The position numbers and the translations under genes are program-made. Below, piece by piece: positions 28,451 to 39,245 of a DNA stretch of 64,000 nt (the stretch's first letter is position 1; every line of letters begins with the position of its first letter). Source of the DNA: Elusimicrobiota bacterium (GTDB taxonomy: Bacteria; Elusimicrobiota; Elusimicrobia; Elusimicrobiales; UBA9959); contig JAINCQ010000012.1 of NCBI GenBank assembly GCA_036574205.1, positions 7,125-71,124 on the forward strand. Reading direction: 5' to 3'. The notes under the pieces are model-generated. The model saw only the letters and a list, made by a program, of their open reading frames with translations. It did not search any database and was not told where the DNA came from.

Positions 28451-29884
28451 TTAACCAATTCTCCTATCTTTATAAAAAGAAAAATACGCTTTATAAGCCA
28501 TGTATATATCAAGTTTTGATGCAAGTTCCATTGGAGCATGCATTGACATAAGCCCAACCCCGCAATCTAAAACCTGCATTCCATATCTTGCCATATAATG
28601 AGCGATTGTTCCCCCTCCCCCTTCATCAACCTTTCCAAGTTCGCCAGTCTGCCATACCACCTTATTTGAGTCAAAGATTCTTCTTATCTGAGCTACAAAT
28701 TCAGCGTTTGCATCCGAAGCCCCTGCTTTGCCCTTTGATCCAGTATATTTGGTAATGCATATACCATAGTTTATAAAAGCCGAATTTTTTTTCTCCGACA
28801 CTGATGGGAATAATGGATCTAAAACAGCATTTACATCGGCAGAAAGCATCCACGAATTTTTAAGCATTCTTTTTAGATTTATTTCATTATATGAGCCATA
28901 ATAAAGATTAATAATTTCTGAACAGGCATTTTCAAAAGAATTTGACCCCATACCTGTTGCTCCATAAGAACCTATCTCTTCCTTATCGGCAAGTATAAGC
29001 GAGGAGGTATATTCGGGAGTATTGCCACTGCCAGCTCTAATAAATCCCATCATAGCCGTATAAGCGCAAACCCTATCGTCATGACCATAAGCAAGTATCA
29101 TAGACTTATCAAATCCAACTTCTTTTGGATTATATGCTGGAACGATCTCAAGTTCAGCTGAAAGGAAATCACTTTCAGTTATATTGTATTTCTCATTTAA
29201 AATATTTAATATATTTTTTCTCACTCTTTCTTTAGCTTTTTTATCCTTAACAGGGATAGAGCCTATCAATAAATCAAGATTTTCTCCTTCAACAGCCTCT
29301 GAAAGAGTTTTTTTCATCTGGTTTTGAGCAAGATGTGGAAGCAAATCAGTTATACAAAAAACAGGATCATTTTCATTTTCCCCTATTCTTATATTTACTT
29401 TCTCCCCGGTTTTCTTTACAACAACACCATGGATAGCAAGAGGTATTGTAAGCCACTGATATTTTTTTATTCCGCCATAATAGTGTGTATCAAAATATGC
29501 TATCTCAGAATTTTCATAAAGAGGATTTTGTTTTATATCAATTCTTGGAGAATCCACATGAGCTCCAACTATCTGCATGCCATCCGATAGGTCTTTTTTA
29601 CCTATTATAAAAGCAAAAAGAGTTTTTCCATAATTTGAAATATAAACTTTATCCCCCTGTTTTAAACTTTCAAATTCTGATATATCTTTAAAACCGTTTT
29701 CTTTCAAAATTTTAATTGAATTATCATGAAATTCTCTTTCGGTTTTTGAAATAGAAATAAAAGCCATATAATCTTTTGAAAATGATTCTATAGACTCTAC
29801 TTCTTTTGAAGAAACAACATCCCATCCATTAACTCTTTCATAAGAAATTCCTTTATTATTTATTTTTTTAGTTTTTGTTTGCAT
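28451..29884 (-). CDS. M18 family aminopeptidase
   Basis: GAHVDSPRID, HYYGGIKKYQW, YGHDDRVC, DKEEIGS, SADV, KYTG, GGGGTI, MHAP.E. Confidence 0.93.
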   Translation of the reverse strand: MQTKTKKINNKGISYERVNGWDVVSSKEVESIESFSKDYMAFISISKTEREFHDNSIKILKENGFKDISEFESLKQGDKVYISNYGKTLFAFIIGKKDLSDGMQIVGAHVDSPRIDIKQNPLYENSEIAYFDTHYYGGIKKYQWLTIPLAIHGVVVKKTGEKVNIRIGENENDPVFCITDLLPHLAQNQMKKTLSEAVEGENLDLLIGSIPVKDKKAKERVRKNILNILNEKYNITESDFLSAELEIVPAYNPKEVGFDKSMILAYGHDDRVCAYTAMMGFIRAGSGNTPEYTSSLILADKEEIGSYGATGMGSNSFENACSEIINLYYGSYNEINLKRMLKNSWMLSADVNAVLDPLFPSVSEKKNSAFINYGICITKYTGSKGKAGASDANAEFVAQIRRIFDSNKVVWQTGELGKVDEGGGGTIAHYMARYGMQVLDCGVGLMSMHAPMELASKLDIYMAYKAYFSFYKDRRIG

Positions 29885-29915
29885 TATTCCTCCTTAATAT
29901 ACATTATAATACTTT

Positions 29916-30230
29916 TTATTTTAAAAATCGCGCAACTTTAATTCCAATAATCATAAGTCCTATGCCTACTATAATAATAGGTATTCCTATAAAAGCTAAA
30001 ATAGTAGCCGACAAAAAAGCCCCGATTATTATAAAGATAACAGCTAAAAAAATAAAAGTAATAGATAGAAAATTTCTAAATTTATATATACTTCTTAATA
30101 AAAAAGACTGATCAGTATTTTTATTATCTGAGTAAATATAATCATCAACTATCTCTGCTTCTACTTCTTTTGTATTACTATCTTTTTTGTCTTTAAACCA
30201 ATATGTTACTATTTTTTTAGATTCCATCAC
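29916..30230 (-). CDS. Small hypothetical membrane protein (2 TM)
   Basis: Acidic N-terminus (EVEAEIVD) plus hydrophobic hairpin; start GTG 30230 or ATG 30227. Confidence 0.65.
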   Translation of the reverse strand: MMESKKIVTYWFKDKKDSNTKEVEAEIVDDYIYSDNKNTDQSFLLRSIYKFRNFLSITFIFLAVIFIIIGAFLSATILAFIGIPIIIVGIGLMIIGIKVARFLK

Positions 30231-30241
30231 TATCTATTATA

Positions 30242-30889
30242 TCATAATGAAGAAAAACAAATCTTTAAAAAACTTTCTTTTTCCTCAAATGAATACTTTT
30301 TACCGAAAAGAGTAAATTCTAACTTAAAACAATGGAGCATCATTCTTCCATATTTATTCTCTCTATCTTTCACCCTACCATAAAGTTTATCTCCTACTAT
30401 GGGATATCCTATATGATAAAGATGAACCCTTATTTGATGTCTCCTTCCAGTTATAGGTTTTGCTTCTATAAGGGATAAATTGTTATCCAGATTTTTAATA
30501 AGTCTAAACTCAGTTGTAGCTGGCTTGCCATTTTGAGAAACCCCCATCCTTTGAGATCCATATTCCCTTATAGGTAAATCTACTGATAAAAATTTTTCTT
30601 TGAAATTACCATATACCACCGCTAAATATCGTTTATCTATGAGCCTTTTTTCAAACATAATAGACAACTCTCTATGTGTCTGTTTATCTTTTGCAAAAAC
30701 CAAAACGCCACTTGTATCCCTGTCTATCCTATGAACAACAAAAATTTTTCCATATTCCTTATTTAGTTTTTCATAAAGGTTTTCTTCTGCTGATAAGCTT
30801 CCCCTTCCTTTAATTACTAAAACACTTTCTTTTTTTGAAACTACAATAATATTTTTATCCTCATATATTTTTTCATAAGTATTTTCCAT
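30242..30889 (-). CDS. RluA-family pseudouridine synthase
   Basis: VHRIDRDTSG (catalytic Asp), TGRRHQIRVH, PIVGD.LYG, LH. Confidence 0.93.
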   Translation of the reverse strand: MENTYEKIYEDKNIIVVSKKESVLVIKGRGSLSAEENLYEKLNKEYGKIFVVHRIDRDTSGVLVFAKDKQTHRELSIMFEKRLIDKRYLAVVYGNFKEKFLSVDLPIREYGSQRMGVSQNGKPATTEFRLIKNLDNNLSLIEAKPITGRRHQIRVHLYHIGYPIVGDKLYGRVKDRENKYGRMMLHCFKLEFTLFGKKYSFEEKESFLKICFSSL

Positions 30890-30927
30890 AAGATTAAATA
30901 TTATATAATATTTGAAGTGGAGGATAT

Positions 30928-32472
30928 ATGAAAATCGCTGTTTTAGTATTTTTTATTTTGACCTCTGTCAATATTCATTCTCAAACAATTGATTCAATGT
31001 GCAGCAGGCTGCGTGATTCTATAAAAGATAAAAAAGAGATAAAACTGGCTGTAATAGATTTTTACAGCATTAATCAAAAAAACGCAGATTCAAAGATAAT
31101 ACAACAAAGGATAACAACATATTTTTCAGCCATAAAAGAAATAACGCTTATAGAAAGGTCCCTTCTTGACAAAGTTCTTGGAGAAATTAAACTGCAACAA
31201 AGCGGAACAATAGCCGAAAAAGATATAACAAAAATAGGCGAAATAACAGGGGCAAACTATGTTCTTACTGGAACGATAAACGACTTAAAAGATAACAAAC
31301 TTGAAATAAACTCCAGAATAGTGGAAGTAGCCACAGGGAAAATAATAACGGGAGCAAATGCAATTATAGAAAAAGATTGGGAAAGTATATCCATATCTAC
31401 AACACCGCCGTCTTATTCAGGCAAAGCTATTACACAAATAGCGATATTGCTTGACACTTCCGGTTCTATGGATGGACTTATAGAGCAGGCAAAAAGATAT
31501 TTATGGTCTATAATAAACGAGCTTTCAAAATATGAAAAAGATGGAAATGGGAATGTAGTTGAAGTAGCGCTTTATGAATATGGAAATGACAAACTACCAA
31601 GAGAGTCGGGATATATAAGAAAAGTTCTTGACTTTACAAAAGATATGGACGCTGTAGCTAAAGAATTATTTTCACTAAAAACAAATGGAGGAAATGAATA
31701 CTGTGGATGGGTTATAAAGGACGCTGTAGAAAAATTAAAATGGAACAAAAAAGACGATGTCTATAAAGCAATATTTATAGCAGGCAATGAACCATTCACT
31801 CAAGGTCCTATCAACTTTGAAGAAGCAGCAAATCTTGCTAAATCAAAAGGCATATTTGTTAATACTATATTTTGCGGACCAAGACAACAGGGAATAGCGC
31901 AAAGATGGAAAGATGCGGCAAATTTGACTGACGGAGATTATAACAGCATAGACCCCAATTACATTGCTTCTATTGAAACCCCATATGATGATAAATTGGT
32001 AGAATTAAATGACAAACTTAACCAAACATATATCCCATATGGTGGCGCTTCAGCAAGAAATAAGATGGAACAAAAAATCCAGCTGGACAAACAAACACTT
32101 GGACAATCAAAAGCGGTTATGGCAGAAAGAGCTAATTTTGCGGCATCTGATGCAGCAAGAGCATCATACTCAAGCTGGGATTTAATAACAGCAGTTGAAA
32201 ATGGAGAGTTAAAAATAAGTGAAATTAAAGAAGAAATGCTTTCAGATGAACTTAAAAAAATGACAAAACAAGAACTTCAATCTTATATACTATCAAAAAT
32301 TAAGGAAAGGGAAAATCTTAGAAAAGAAATAGAAAAAAACAGGGTTGAAAGGGAGAAATACATAGAGCTCAAACAAAAAGATGGTCCAAAAGATTTAGGA
32401 AAAGCAATAATTGAAACTGTCAGGAATCAAGCGGCAAAAAAAGGATATAAAACAAAAGAAAAGAAAAATTAA
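30928..32472 (+). CDS. Secreted FlgO/CsgG-like domain fused to a vWA domain
   Basis: LAVIDF, IERS.L..VL.E..LQQSG, IG...GA..VLTG, RIV.V.TG.I; then LLDTSGSMDGLIEQAK (MIDAS), GG.EYCG, AGNEPF.QG. Confidence 0.82.
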   Translation: MKIAVLVFFILTSVNIHSQTIDSMCSRLRDSIKDKKEIKLAVIDFYSINQKNADSKIIQQRITTYFSAIKEITLIERSLLDKVLGEIKLQQSGTIAEKDITKIGEITGANYVLTGTINDLKDNKLEINSRIVEVATGKIITGANAIIEKDWESISISTTPPSYSGKAITQIAILLDTSGSMDGLIEQAKRYLWSIINELSKYEKDGNGNVVEVALYEYGNDKLPRESGYIRKVLDFTKDMDAVAKELFSLKTNGGNEYCGWVIKDAVEKLKWNKKDDVYKAIFIAGNEPFTQGPINFEEAANLAKSKGIFVNTIFCGPRQQGIAQRWKDAANLTDGDYNSIDPNYIASIETPYDDKLVELNDKLNQTYIPYGGASARNKMEQKIQLDKQTLGQSKAVMAERANFAASDAARASYSSWDLITAVENGELKISEIKEEMLSDELKKMTKQELQSYILSKIKERENLRKEIEKNRVEREKYIELKQKDGPKDLGKAIIETVRNQAAKKGYKTKEKKN

Positions 32473-32494
32473 ATAAAATTATTTAGCTTCAAAA

Positions 32495-34081
32495 ATGATA
32501 AAAAATAATTTTTTTTTTGCAACAAAAAATTATATATTTTTTACCTTTTCGATTATTCTTCTTTTTCTTAAAAACAACTACGCGCAGGATATTTCTCAAA
32601 AAATATCAGGGCTCATATTTGCATCTTACGATATAGAACAGTCAACTCAGATTATTGAAGCGGTTGAAAATAATATCGGAGGGATACAACTTCAATGGGG
32701 AAATTATTCACCTGAATTCACAAGAAAAACAACAAAAAAAATCTATGAAAAATCCCCCTACCTTCCACCTCTTATTGCCATAGACTATGAAGGAGGAAGC
32801 GTTTATCTTCATCAAACCCATGGATTATTCAATCTCCCATCAAATATGGCGATTGGAAAAGCCAGAGAAAAAGACGATACTATAACCCTTTTCTATCTCC
32901 TTGGTCTTGAGTTGAGAAAACTAGGGATAAACACAGCTTTTTCCCCCATAGTTGATGTAAATACTGAAAAATACAATCCTATAATAAATGTGAGATCTTT
33001 TTCTGAAAATAAAGATATTGTAACTGAAATGGGAGAAGCGGTAGTAGATGGTTTTTCCTCATCACAGATTATAACAACACTTAAACATTTTCCAGGACAT
33101 GGAATGAGTTCGTCAGATTCCCATCTAACTCTTCCCGTAACCGATATTTCTCCGATAATATTATATGAAACTCACATTTATCCATTTAAAACTCTTATAG
33201 AAAAAGGAAAAGGTGATATTGTTATGCTCTCTCATATCGTATACAAAAGTATAGATGATAAATTTCCAGCAAGTCTTTCTGAAATAATAATAAAAAACAT
33301 ATTAAAACAACAATTGAATTTTAAAGGTATTATAATAACAGATAGTCTTGATATGAAAGCTATAACTAAAAAATATTCTATAGAAGACGCTGCAGTTTTA
33401 GCTCTTAAAAACGGTTGCGATATGGTTTTAATAGGAAAATACAGTTATAAAAAAGTAAGAGATAGAATTCTTAAAGCAATAAAAAACAAAGAAATCGATA
33501 TCAAAGATATAGAAAATGCTTATCAAAGAATTGTAGAATTTAAAAAGAACAAAAAGCTTGATGAGTTTCAATTGAATAACGATAAATTTGACATGGCATA
33601 CAAAGATATAGCCACAAATATTTCTTATAAATCCATAAACATATCAAAAAATGAAAATAAACTTATTCCATTAAATCACGATTCAAAAATAAATATGATT
33701 TTCTTTGCCCCACAAAGGTTTTCACAGGAAGCAATCCTGCCATATCGTATTTTAAAATCCCAAAAATATAATATCAAATTGACTCTGGTAAATTTTGACA
33801 GCAAAATAAATATTGAAAAATTGAAAAAAGATGCAAAAAACTATAGTATTTTATTAATAGCAGACTATTCATGGCCAAAGATGACTGAAAGAAGAAAAAA
33901 AATAATAGATGAGCTATCAAAAGATTATAAGAAAAAAATATTTGTAAATCTTATCAATCCTGTAAACTCAGAATTATTTGCGGAGGAATACGATGCCATA
34001 ATAGAAACATATGGCATAAATGAATTTTCAATGAAGGCATTGGCTTTAAAACTTTTAGGTGAGAGTTTAAGTCAAAATTGA
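32495..34081 (+). CDS. nagZ: GH3 beta-N-acetylhexosaminidase (NagZ-like), exported, with C-terminal domain
   Basis: IAIDYEGG, NPII..RSF, KHFPGHG...DSH, ITDSL.M. Confidence 0.85.
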   Translation: MIKNNFFFATKNYIFFTFSIILLFLKNNYAQDISQKISGLIFASYDIEQSTQIIEAVENNIGGIQLQWGNYSPEFTRKTTKKIYEKSPYLPPLIAIDYEGGSVYLHQTHGLFNLPSNMAIGKAREKDDTITLFYLLGLELRKLGINTAFSPIVDVNTEKYNPIINVRSFSENKDIVTEMGEAVVDGFSSSQIITTLKHFPGHGMSSSDSHLTLPVTDISPIILYETHIYPFKTLIEKGKGDIVMLSHIVYKSIDDKFPASLSEIIIKNILKQQLNFKGIIITDSLDMKAITKKYSIEDAAVLALKNGCDMVLIGKYSYKKVRDRILKAIKNKEIDIKDIENAYQRIVEFKKNKKLDEFQLNNDKFDMAYKDIATNISYKSINISKNENKLIPLNHDSKINMIFFAPQRFSQEAILPYRILKSQKYNIKLTLVNFDSKINIEKLKKDAKNYSILLIADYSWPKMTERRKKIIDELSKDYKKKIFVNLINPVNSELFAEEYDAIIETYGINEFSMKALALKLLGESLSQN

Positions 34082-34120
34082 TAAAATAATAAATATATTA
34101 AAGTTTTCTGGAGGTAAATT

Positions 34121-35362
34121 ATGCTAAAGTTAATAAGTTTTCTTGGAATATTTGTTTTGCTTTTTATTGCCTGGATTTTTAGCAAAAACAAAAAAGCAAT
34201 AAACTATAAAACAGTTTTTATGGGGACATTAATTCAATTAATATTTGCTTTTTTAGTTTTAAAATTTCCGCCTGGAAGAAAATTTTTTGAAATTATGAAT
34301 GACATTATAATAAAAGTTATTTCTTTTTCAAATGATGGAGCAAAATTTATTTTTGGCTCTTTAATAGACAACCAGAACTTAGGTTTTATATTTGCTTTTC
34401 AGGTTCTGCCTACGATTATATTTTTTTCATCCCTTATGTCTGTTTTGTATTATCTTGGAATAATGCAAAAAATAGTTTTACTCTTTGCAAAAATAATGGC
34501 TAAATTTATGGGAACAAGCGGAGCAGAATCTTTATCTGCAAGCGCAAATATATTTGTTGGACAAACCGAAGCGCCACTTGTAGTAAGGCCATACGTAAGC
34601 GAAATGACACAAAGTGAACTTATGGCGGTTATGACCGGTGGTATGGCTACAATCGCAGGCGGTGTTATGGCAGTATATGTTGGAATATTAAAGGACTACC
34701 TTCCAAATATAGCAGGTCATTTGCTTGCCGCATCAATTATGAGCGCCCCAGCAGCTCTTGTTATGTCAAAAATAATTATCCCTGAAACAGAAGAACCTAA
34801 AACAAAAGGAGTGGTAAAGTTAAACGTTGAGATAACCGACGCAAATATAATAGATGCGGCTGCAAATGGCGCGACCACAGGTCTTACCCTTGCATTAAAT
34901 GTAGCAGCATGTCTTATAGCATTCATGGCTCTTTTAGCTTTTGGAAATTATATAACAGGACTTATTGGCAATTTTTTTAACTACCCACAATTAACGCTTG
35001 AAAAAATTATGGGCTGGATATTCTATCCTATTGCATGGATTATGGGAACTCCATCTGATGATATAATGAAACTTGCTGAATGGATGGGACAAAAAACTAT
35101 ATTAAATGAATTTGTCGCATATGTTAATATGGCAACATTTCTAAAAGATAATCCAGGAGTGATATCGGAAAGAACAATTATAATAGCATCTTATGCTTTA
35201 TGTGGTTTTTCTAATTTTTTATCCATTGCAATACAAATTGGTGGTATAGGTGGTATTGCGCCAAATAGACGTCATGACCTTGCAAAACTTGGCCTTTATG
35301 CGGTATTAGCAGGATCGCTTGCTTGCTTTATGACCGCTACAATTGCAGGAATTTTGATTTAA
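34121..35362 (+). CDS. CNT-family nucleoside transporter (NupC-like)
   Basis: FAFQVLPTIIFFS, ANIFVGQTEAP, GMATIAG, NEFVAY, YALCGFSN. Confidence 0.93.
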   Translation: MLKLISFLGIFVLLFIAWIFSKNKKAINYKTVFMGTLIQLIFAFLVLKFPPGRKFFEIMNDIIIKVISFSNDGAKFIFGSLIDNQNLGFIFAFQVLPTIIFFSSLMSVLYYLGIMQKIVLLFAKIMAKFMGTSGAESLSASANIFVGQTEAPLVVRPYVSEMTQSELMAVMTGGMATIAGGVMAVYVGILKDYLPNIAGHLLAASIMSAPAALVMSKIIIPETEEPKTKGVVKLNVEITDANIIDAAANGATTGLTLALNVAACLIAFMALLAFGNYITGLIGNFFNYPQLTLEKIMGWIFYPIAWIMGTPSDDIMKLAEWMGQKTILNEFVAYVNMATFLKDNPGVISERTIIIASYALCGFSNFLSIAIQIGGIGGIAPNRRHDLAKLGLYAVLAGSLACFMTATIAGILI

Positions 35363-36261
35363 TTAAATTCTCCAACAATTATTTGTTCAAGTTCAAGTTT
35401 AATTCCTGTTTTTTTATAAACCTCTTCTCTCACCTTCATAATTAAACTATATATATCTGTTGAAGTTGCATTATCATAGTTTATTATAAATCCAGCATGT
35501 TTTGTTGAAACCATGGCCCCGCCAATTCTAAATCCTTTAAGGCCACAGTCATCTATAAGTTTTGAGGCATAATTACCCTCCGGTCTTTTAAAAACACTCC
35601 CAGCTGATGGGTATTCAAGAGGTTGTTTTTCTTTTCTCCTTTTTATAACATCATTCCTGATTTCAAAAAGGTTTTCTTTATTCCCATATTCAAACTCAAA
35701 TCCTGCTTCTATAATAAAATAATTTTCAAAATTATCAACCCTTCTATAACCATATTTTATTTCTTTTTTCTCTATCCTCTTAACAGCACCTTTTTGAATA
35801 TCTAAAACAAGAACATTTATCAACCTGTCAAAAGTCTCCTCTCCAAAAGCCCCGGCATTCATTCTAACAGCTCCACCGACTGTCCCGGGGATATAAGATG
35901 TTTTTTCAAGACCTTTTAAAGAATTTAAAACACTAAATTCAATAAATCTATCCCAGTCATAGCCGCAACTAACAAAGATTTTATTTTTATTTTTAAAAAT
36001 ATTTTTAAACTTATCCGTTTTTATAAAAACACCTTTAAATCCCTCATCGCTTAAAAGTATATTTGAACAATTTCCGCAGATAAAATAATTAATGTTCTCT
36101 TTTTTTATAAATTCAAAAAGCCAGACTAAATCTTCTACATTCCTTGGATAAACCACTACCTCTATTTTACCACCAGTTTTATAACTTGTTATTTCCTTTG
36201 CGTTAAGATTCAAAACAGCATCATCTTTAAACTTTTCTTTTATTATACTATAAACATTCAT
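35359..36261 (-). CDS. murB: UDP-N-acetylenolpyruvoylglucosamine reductase
   Basis: SY.TGG, G..SNIL, IPGTVGGAV.MNAGA, QPL.YPSAGSVFKRP, KHAGFI, LELE. Confidence 0.95.
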   Translation of the reverse strand: MNVYSIIKEKFKDDAVLNLNAKEITSYKTGGKIEVVVYPRNVEDLVWLFEFIKKENINYFICGNCSNILLSDEGFKGVFIKTDKFKNIFKNKNKIFVSCGYDWDRFIEFSVLNSLKGLEKTSYIPGTVGGAVRMNAGAFGEETFDRLINVLVLDIQKGAVKRIEKKEIKYGYRRVDNFENYFIIEAGFEFEYGNKENLFEIRNDVIKRRKEKQPLEYPSAGSVFKRPEGNYASKLIDDCGLKGFRIGGAMVSTKHAGFIINYDNATSTDIYSLIMKVREEVYKKTGIKLELEQIIVGEFN

Positions 36262-37147
36262 AAGAAATTTTTTTATTATTTTCTCTTTTTAAAACGAAAA
36301 ACACACCAATAAGTATTAACACCCCCCCGAGAAAAGTAAGCGGAAGAATTTTTTCATCTAAAACAAAATAAGCACTTATTATTGTTGCAAAAGGCTCATC
36401 ATATATAAAGTAAGATGATTTAACAGGACCAAGTCCCTCAACAGCATTATTCCAGAACATATATCCAATAAAAGAAGACAAAAAACTTAAATATAACAAA
36501 GATATCCATCCAAGTTTATCAAGATTTTTTACTTCAGAAATTAAATTATATTTAAACTCAAATGGTATAATAGTTAAAAAGGCAATAAACATTGTTAAGG
36601 CTGTAACCTCTTTTTGAGAATATTCCTTAAACCACCTTTTAGTAAGAACAACATATCCCGCCCAGGTAAAAGCGCTTGTAAGAAAAATTAAATCACCTTG
36701 TGTAGAAGGCATTGATAAATCAAGCTTTCCAATAGAATACATAACTATCAAACAACCACTAAATCCAAAAAGAAACCCAATAAATTTATTAAAATCTATC
36801 TTTGAACCCAAAAATAACTCAATAAAAACAACAACTATTGGCGTTAAAGCTATTATAAAACCAGCATTTGTAGAAGTTGTATATTTTAAAGCGTAGCACT
36901 GTGAAAACTGCTGAACAGAAACACCTAAAATAGACATTACTAAAAGCTTCAGCAATATACTAATCTTTAAAAATTTTTTAAAATCAGGTTTTATGAAAAT
37001 CAAAAGCAAAAAACTACCAATTATACTTCGTATAAAAACAAGAGAAAGTGGTGAAATAATAGAAACAACATGTTTTGTAAAAGGATACGCCGCACCCCAT
37101 ATTAATGTAGCTGTTAAAATTTGAAAATATAAACTTTTTTTGTTCAT
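36248..37147 (-). CDS. DMT/EamA family transporter
   Basis: Two EamA repeats (LIWG, R...G, W..Y.V..K, W..AV..LG, EP); ATG 37147 preferred because ATG 37180 lies in an intergenic hairpin. Confidence 0.88.
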   Translation of the reverse strand: MNKKSLYFQILTATLIWGAAYPFTKHVVSIISPLSLVFIRSIIGSFLLLIFIKPDFKKFLKISILLKLLVMSILGVSVQQFSQCYALKYTTSTNAGFIIALTPIVVVFIELFLGSKIDFNKFIGFLFGFSGCLIVMYSIGKLDLSMPSTQGDLIFLTSAFTWAGYVVLTKRWFKEYSQKEVTALTMFIAFLTIIPFEFKYNLISEVKNLDKLGWISLLYLSFLSSFIGYMFWNNAVEGLGPVKSSYFIYDEPFATIISAYFVLDEKILPLTFLGGVLILIGVFFVLKRENNKKISYECL

Positions 37148-37218
37148 TATTATATAAAAATCGATTCCATCAGGCAGCATGACTGCTCTGATTAATAAAA
37201 GGATCGCTATAATAAAAT

Positions 37219-38421
37219 TTATTTAGAAAGCACCTTAGCTATTCTTTTAACTGCCCAATCTATCTCTTTTTTAGTAATTATAAGCGGTGGGGCAAATCTT
37301 ATAACCATATCATGAGTTTCTTTCGCAAGAATCCCTAACTTCATAAGCTGTTCACAATAAGGTCTTGCTTTAGTATCTAACTCGACACCAACAAAAAGTC
37401 CCTTTCCTCTTATTTCTTTTATATGAGGACCATTTATTGCTTTTAATTTAGAAATAAAATATTCTCCCATTTCAAGAGATTTTTCAACCAGTTTCTCCTC
37501 TTCTAAAACCTTTAAAGCCTCTCTTGCAACGGCGCATGCTAAAGGATTTCCGCCAAAAGTTGAACCATGATCCCCCGGTTTAAAAACTCCAAGCACATCT
37601 TTTGAAGAAACGACAGCGGATACCGGCAACACACCTCCACCAAGAGCCTTTCCAAGACACATCATATCAGGTTTAACTCCTTCCCACTCGCAACAAAATT
37701 TCTTACCGGTTCTTCCAAATCCAGTTTGAATTTCATCAGCTATAAAAAGAACATTATTTTTTTTGCATAAATCATAAGCTTTTTTCAAATATCCTTCAGG
37801 TGGAATTCTTATTCCGGATTCTCCCTGAATAGGCTCAACTAAAAAAGCAACAGTATTAGGATTTATAGCTTTTTCCAGTTCTTCTATATCTCCATATCTA
37901 ACAATCTTAAATCCAGGAGTGAAGGGGCCAAAACCATCTCTATATTGAGGTTCGGTTGAGAAAGAGACTATTGTTACGGTTCTTCCATGAAAGTTATCTG
38001 TGCAAGCAATAATTTCAGCTTTATCTTCCGCTACCCCTTTTACCTTATATCCCCATTTTCTCGCTGCTTTTATAGCTGTTTCTACAGCTTCTGCTCCTGT
38101 ATTCATTGGTAATGCCATTTCATAACCTGTAAACTCACATAATTCTTTTAAAAAAAGACCTAACTGATCATTATTAAATGCCCTTGAAGTTAATGTTAAT
38201 TTTTTTGCCTGTTTTATTAACGCTCTTATTATTTTTTGATGTCTATGTCCATGATTTAAAGCAGAGTAGGCACTTAACATATCCATATACCTATTTCCAT
38301 CAACATCTTTAACCCATACTCCTTTTGCTTTACTTATAACAACAGGTAGGGGATGATAATTATGGGCCCCGTATGTTTCGGCAAGATTTATTAAGTTTTC
38401 TGATTTTCCAGTAATGTTCAT
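37219..38421 (-). CDS. rocD: Ornithine--oxo-acid transaminase
   Basis: [64 protein letters not shown]. Confidence 0.95.
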   Translation of the reverse strand: MNITGKSENLINLAETYGAHNYHPLPVVISKAKGVWVKDVDGNRYMDMLSAYSALNHGHRHQKIIRALIKQAKKLTLTSRAFNNDQLGLFLKELCEFTGYEMALPMNTGAEAVETAIKAARKWGYKVKGVAEDKAEIIACTDNFHGRTVTIVSFSTEPQYRDGFGPFTPGFKIVRYGDIEELEKAINPNTVAFLVEPIQGESGIRIPPEGYLKKAYDLCKKNNVLFIADEIQTGFGRTGKKFCCEWEGVKPDMMCLGKALGGGVLPVSAVVSSKDVLGVFKPGDHGSTFGGNPLACAVAREALKVLEEEKLVEKSLEMGEYFISKLKAINGPHIKEIRGKGLFVGVELDTKARPYCEQLMKLGILAKETHDMVIRFAPPLIITKKEIDWAVKRIAKVLSK

Positions 38422-38466
38422 CTATCCTCCTTAATAAATTTAATTACTATCAGTTATTAATCAAAA

Positions 38467-39189
38467 TTAAAATCTAACGCCAAGTCCAAAATTATAACCA
38501 CTTTCTCCATGCAATCTGCTATAGGCGCCATATAAATAAATAAGCGGAATAGGGCAAAATTTAACACCAAAAGTATATCTTGTTTTAGAGACAGTTTCCG
38601 ACTCTCCATCAAAATTATCTATATCTTTAACCTCTAATTTAGTTCTATCAAGCCCTGCCCCAACAAAAGGCTTTACTATAGGTAAATCCCATGAGCCAAC
38701 TAAGTCAAAAGAAATATGACTTCCTTCAAAATAATCAAAAGTTATATTATCATAGAAAGCCATTACAGAAAGATCCGGCATAAATTTTGTAAACATTCCA
38801 GATTTAAATATTTTATACCTCAATCCACCACCTATTATGTTAAGCCCCGAATAACTAAACCCTCTCAAAGTAGCATCCATTCCAGTTAATGGAACACCTA
38901 CAGAGGCATGAACAAGCGGCATACCAAAACTTTTAACATCTGATTTTTTAAGTATTCTGTTATCTGATGATGGCTCTTTTTGAATTGCAAAATCAAAGCC
39001 AACATCAAAACCGGGAAAACCCAGATTTCTTGCAGTATTAAAATCATTAGCGCCTAAAACTCCTCCAAAATCTTTTACAAATGGTTCTAAATAATCCTTT
39101 AAAAAATTATCTCTAAAATCATCATAGAAAGGTGCAGAATAACCCTTACCGATGAGTAGAAATATAGTTAATAAAAATATTTTAATCAT
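38467..39189 (-). CDS. Putative outer-membrane beta-barrel protein
   Basis: Signal peptide, amphipathic beta strands, C-terminal YNFGLGVRF BAM-type motif. Confidence 0.7.
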   Translation of the reverse strand: MIKIFLLTIFLLIGKGYSAPFYDDFRDNFLKDYLEPFVKDFGGVLGANDFNTARNLGFPGFDVGFDFAIQKEPSSDNRILKKSDVKSFGMPLVHASVGVPLTGMDATLRGFSYSGLNIIGGGLRYKIFKSGMFTKFMPDLSVMAFYDNITFDYFEGSHISFDLVGSWDLPIVKPFVGAGLDRTKLEVKDIDNFDGESETVSKTRYTFGVKFCPIPLIYLYGAYSRLHGESGYNFGLGVRF

Positions 39190-39245
39190 ATATACCTCCT
39201 AAAATCTATTATACATTATTTTGTATAATAAGATTATAAAATAAA

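Noticed and set aside
28432-28557. N-terminal extension of the asparaginase ORF overlapping the M18 gene (similar extensions at 6897, 13365, 37180, 47146, 48952, 49328, 58761)
   Set aside because: Longest-ORF artefacts; family homology and SD or coupling signals start at the downstream ATGs
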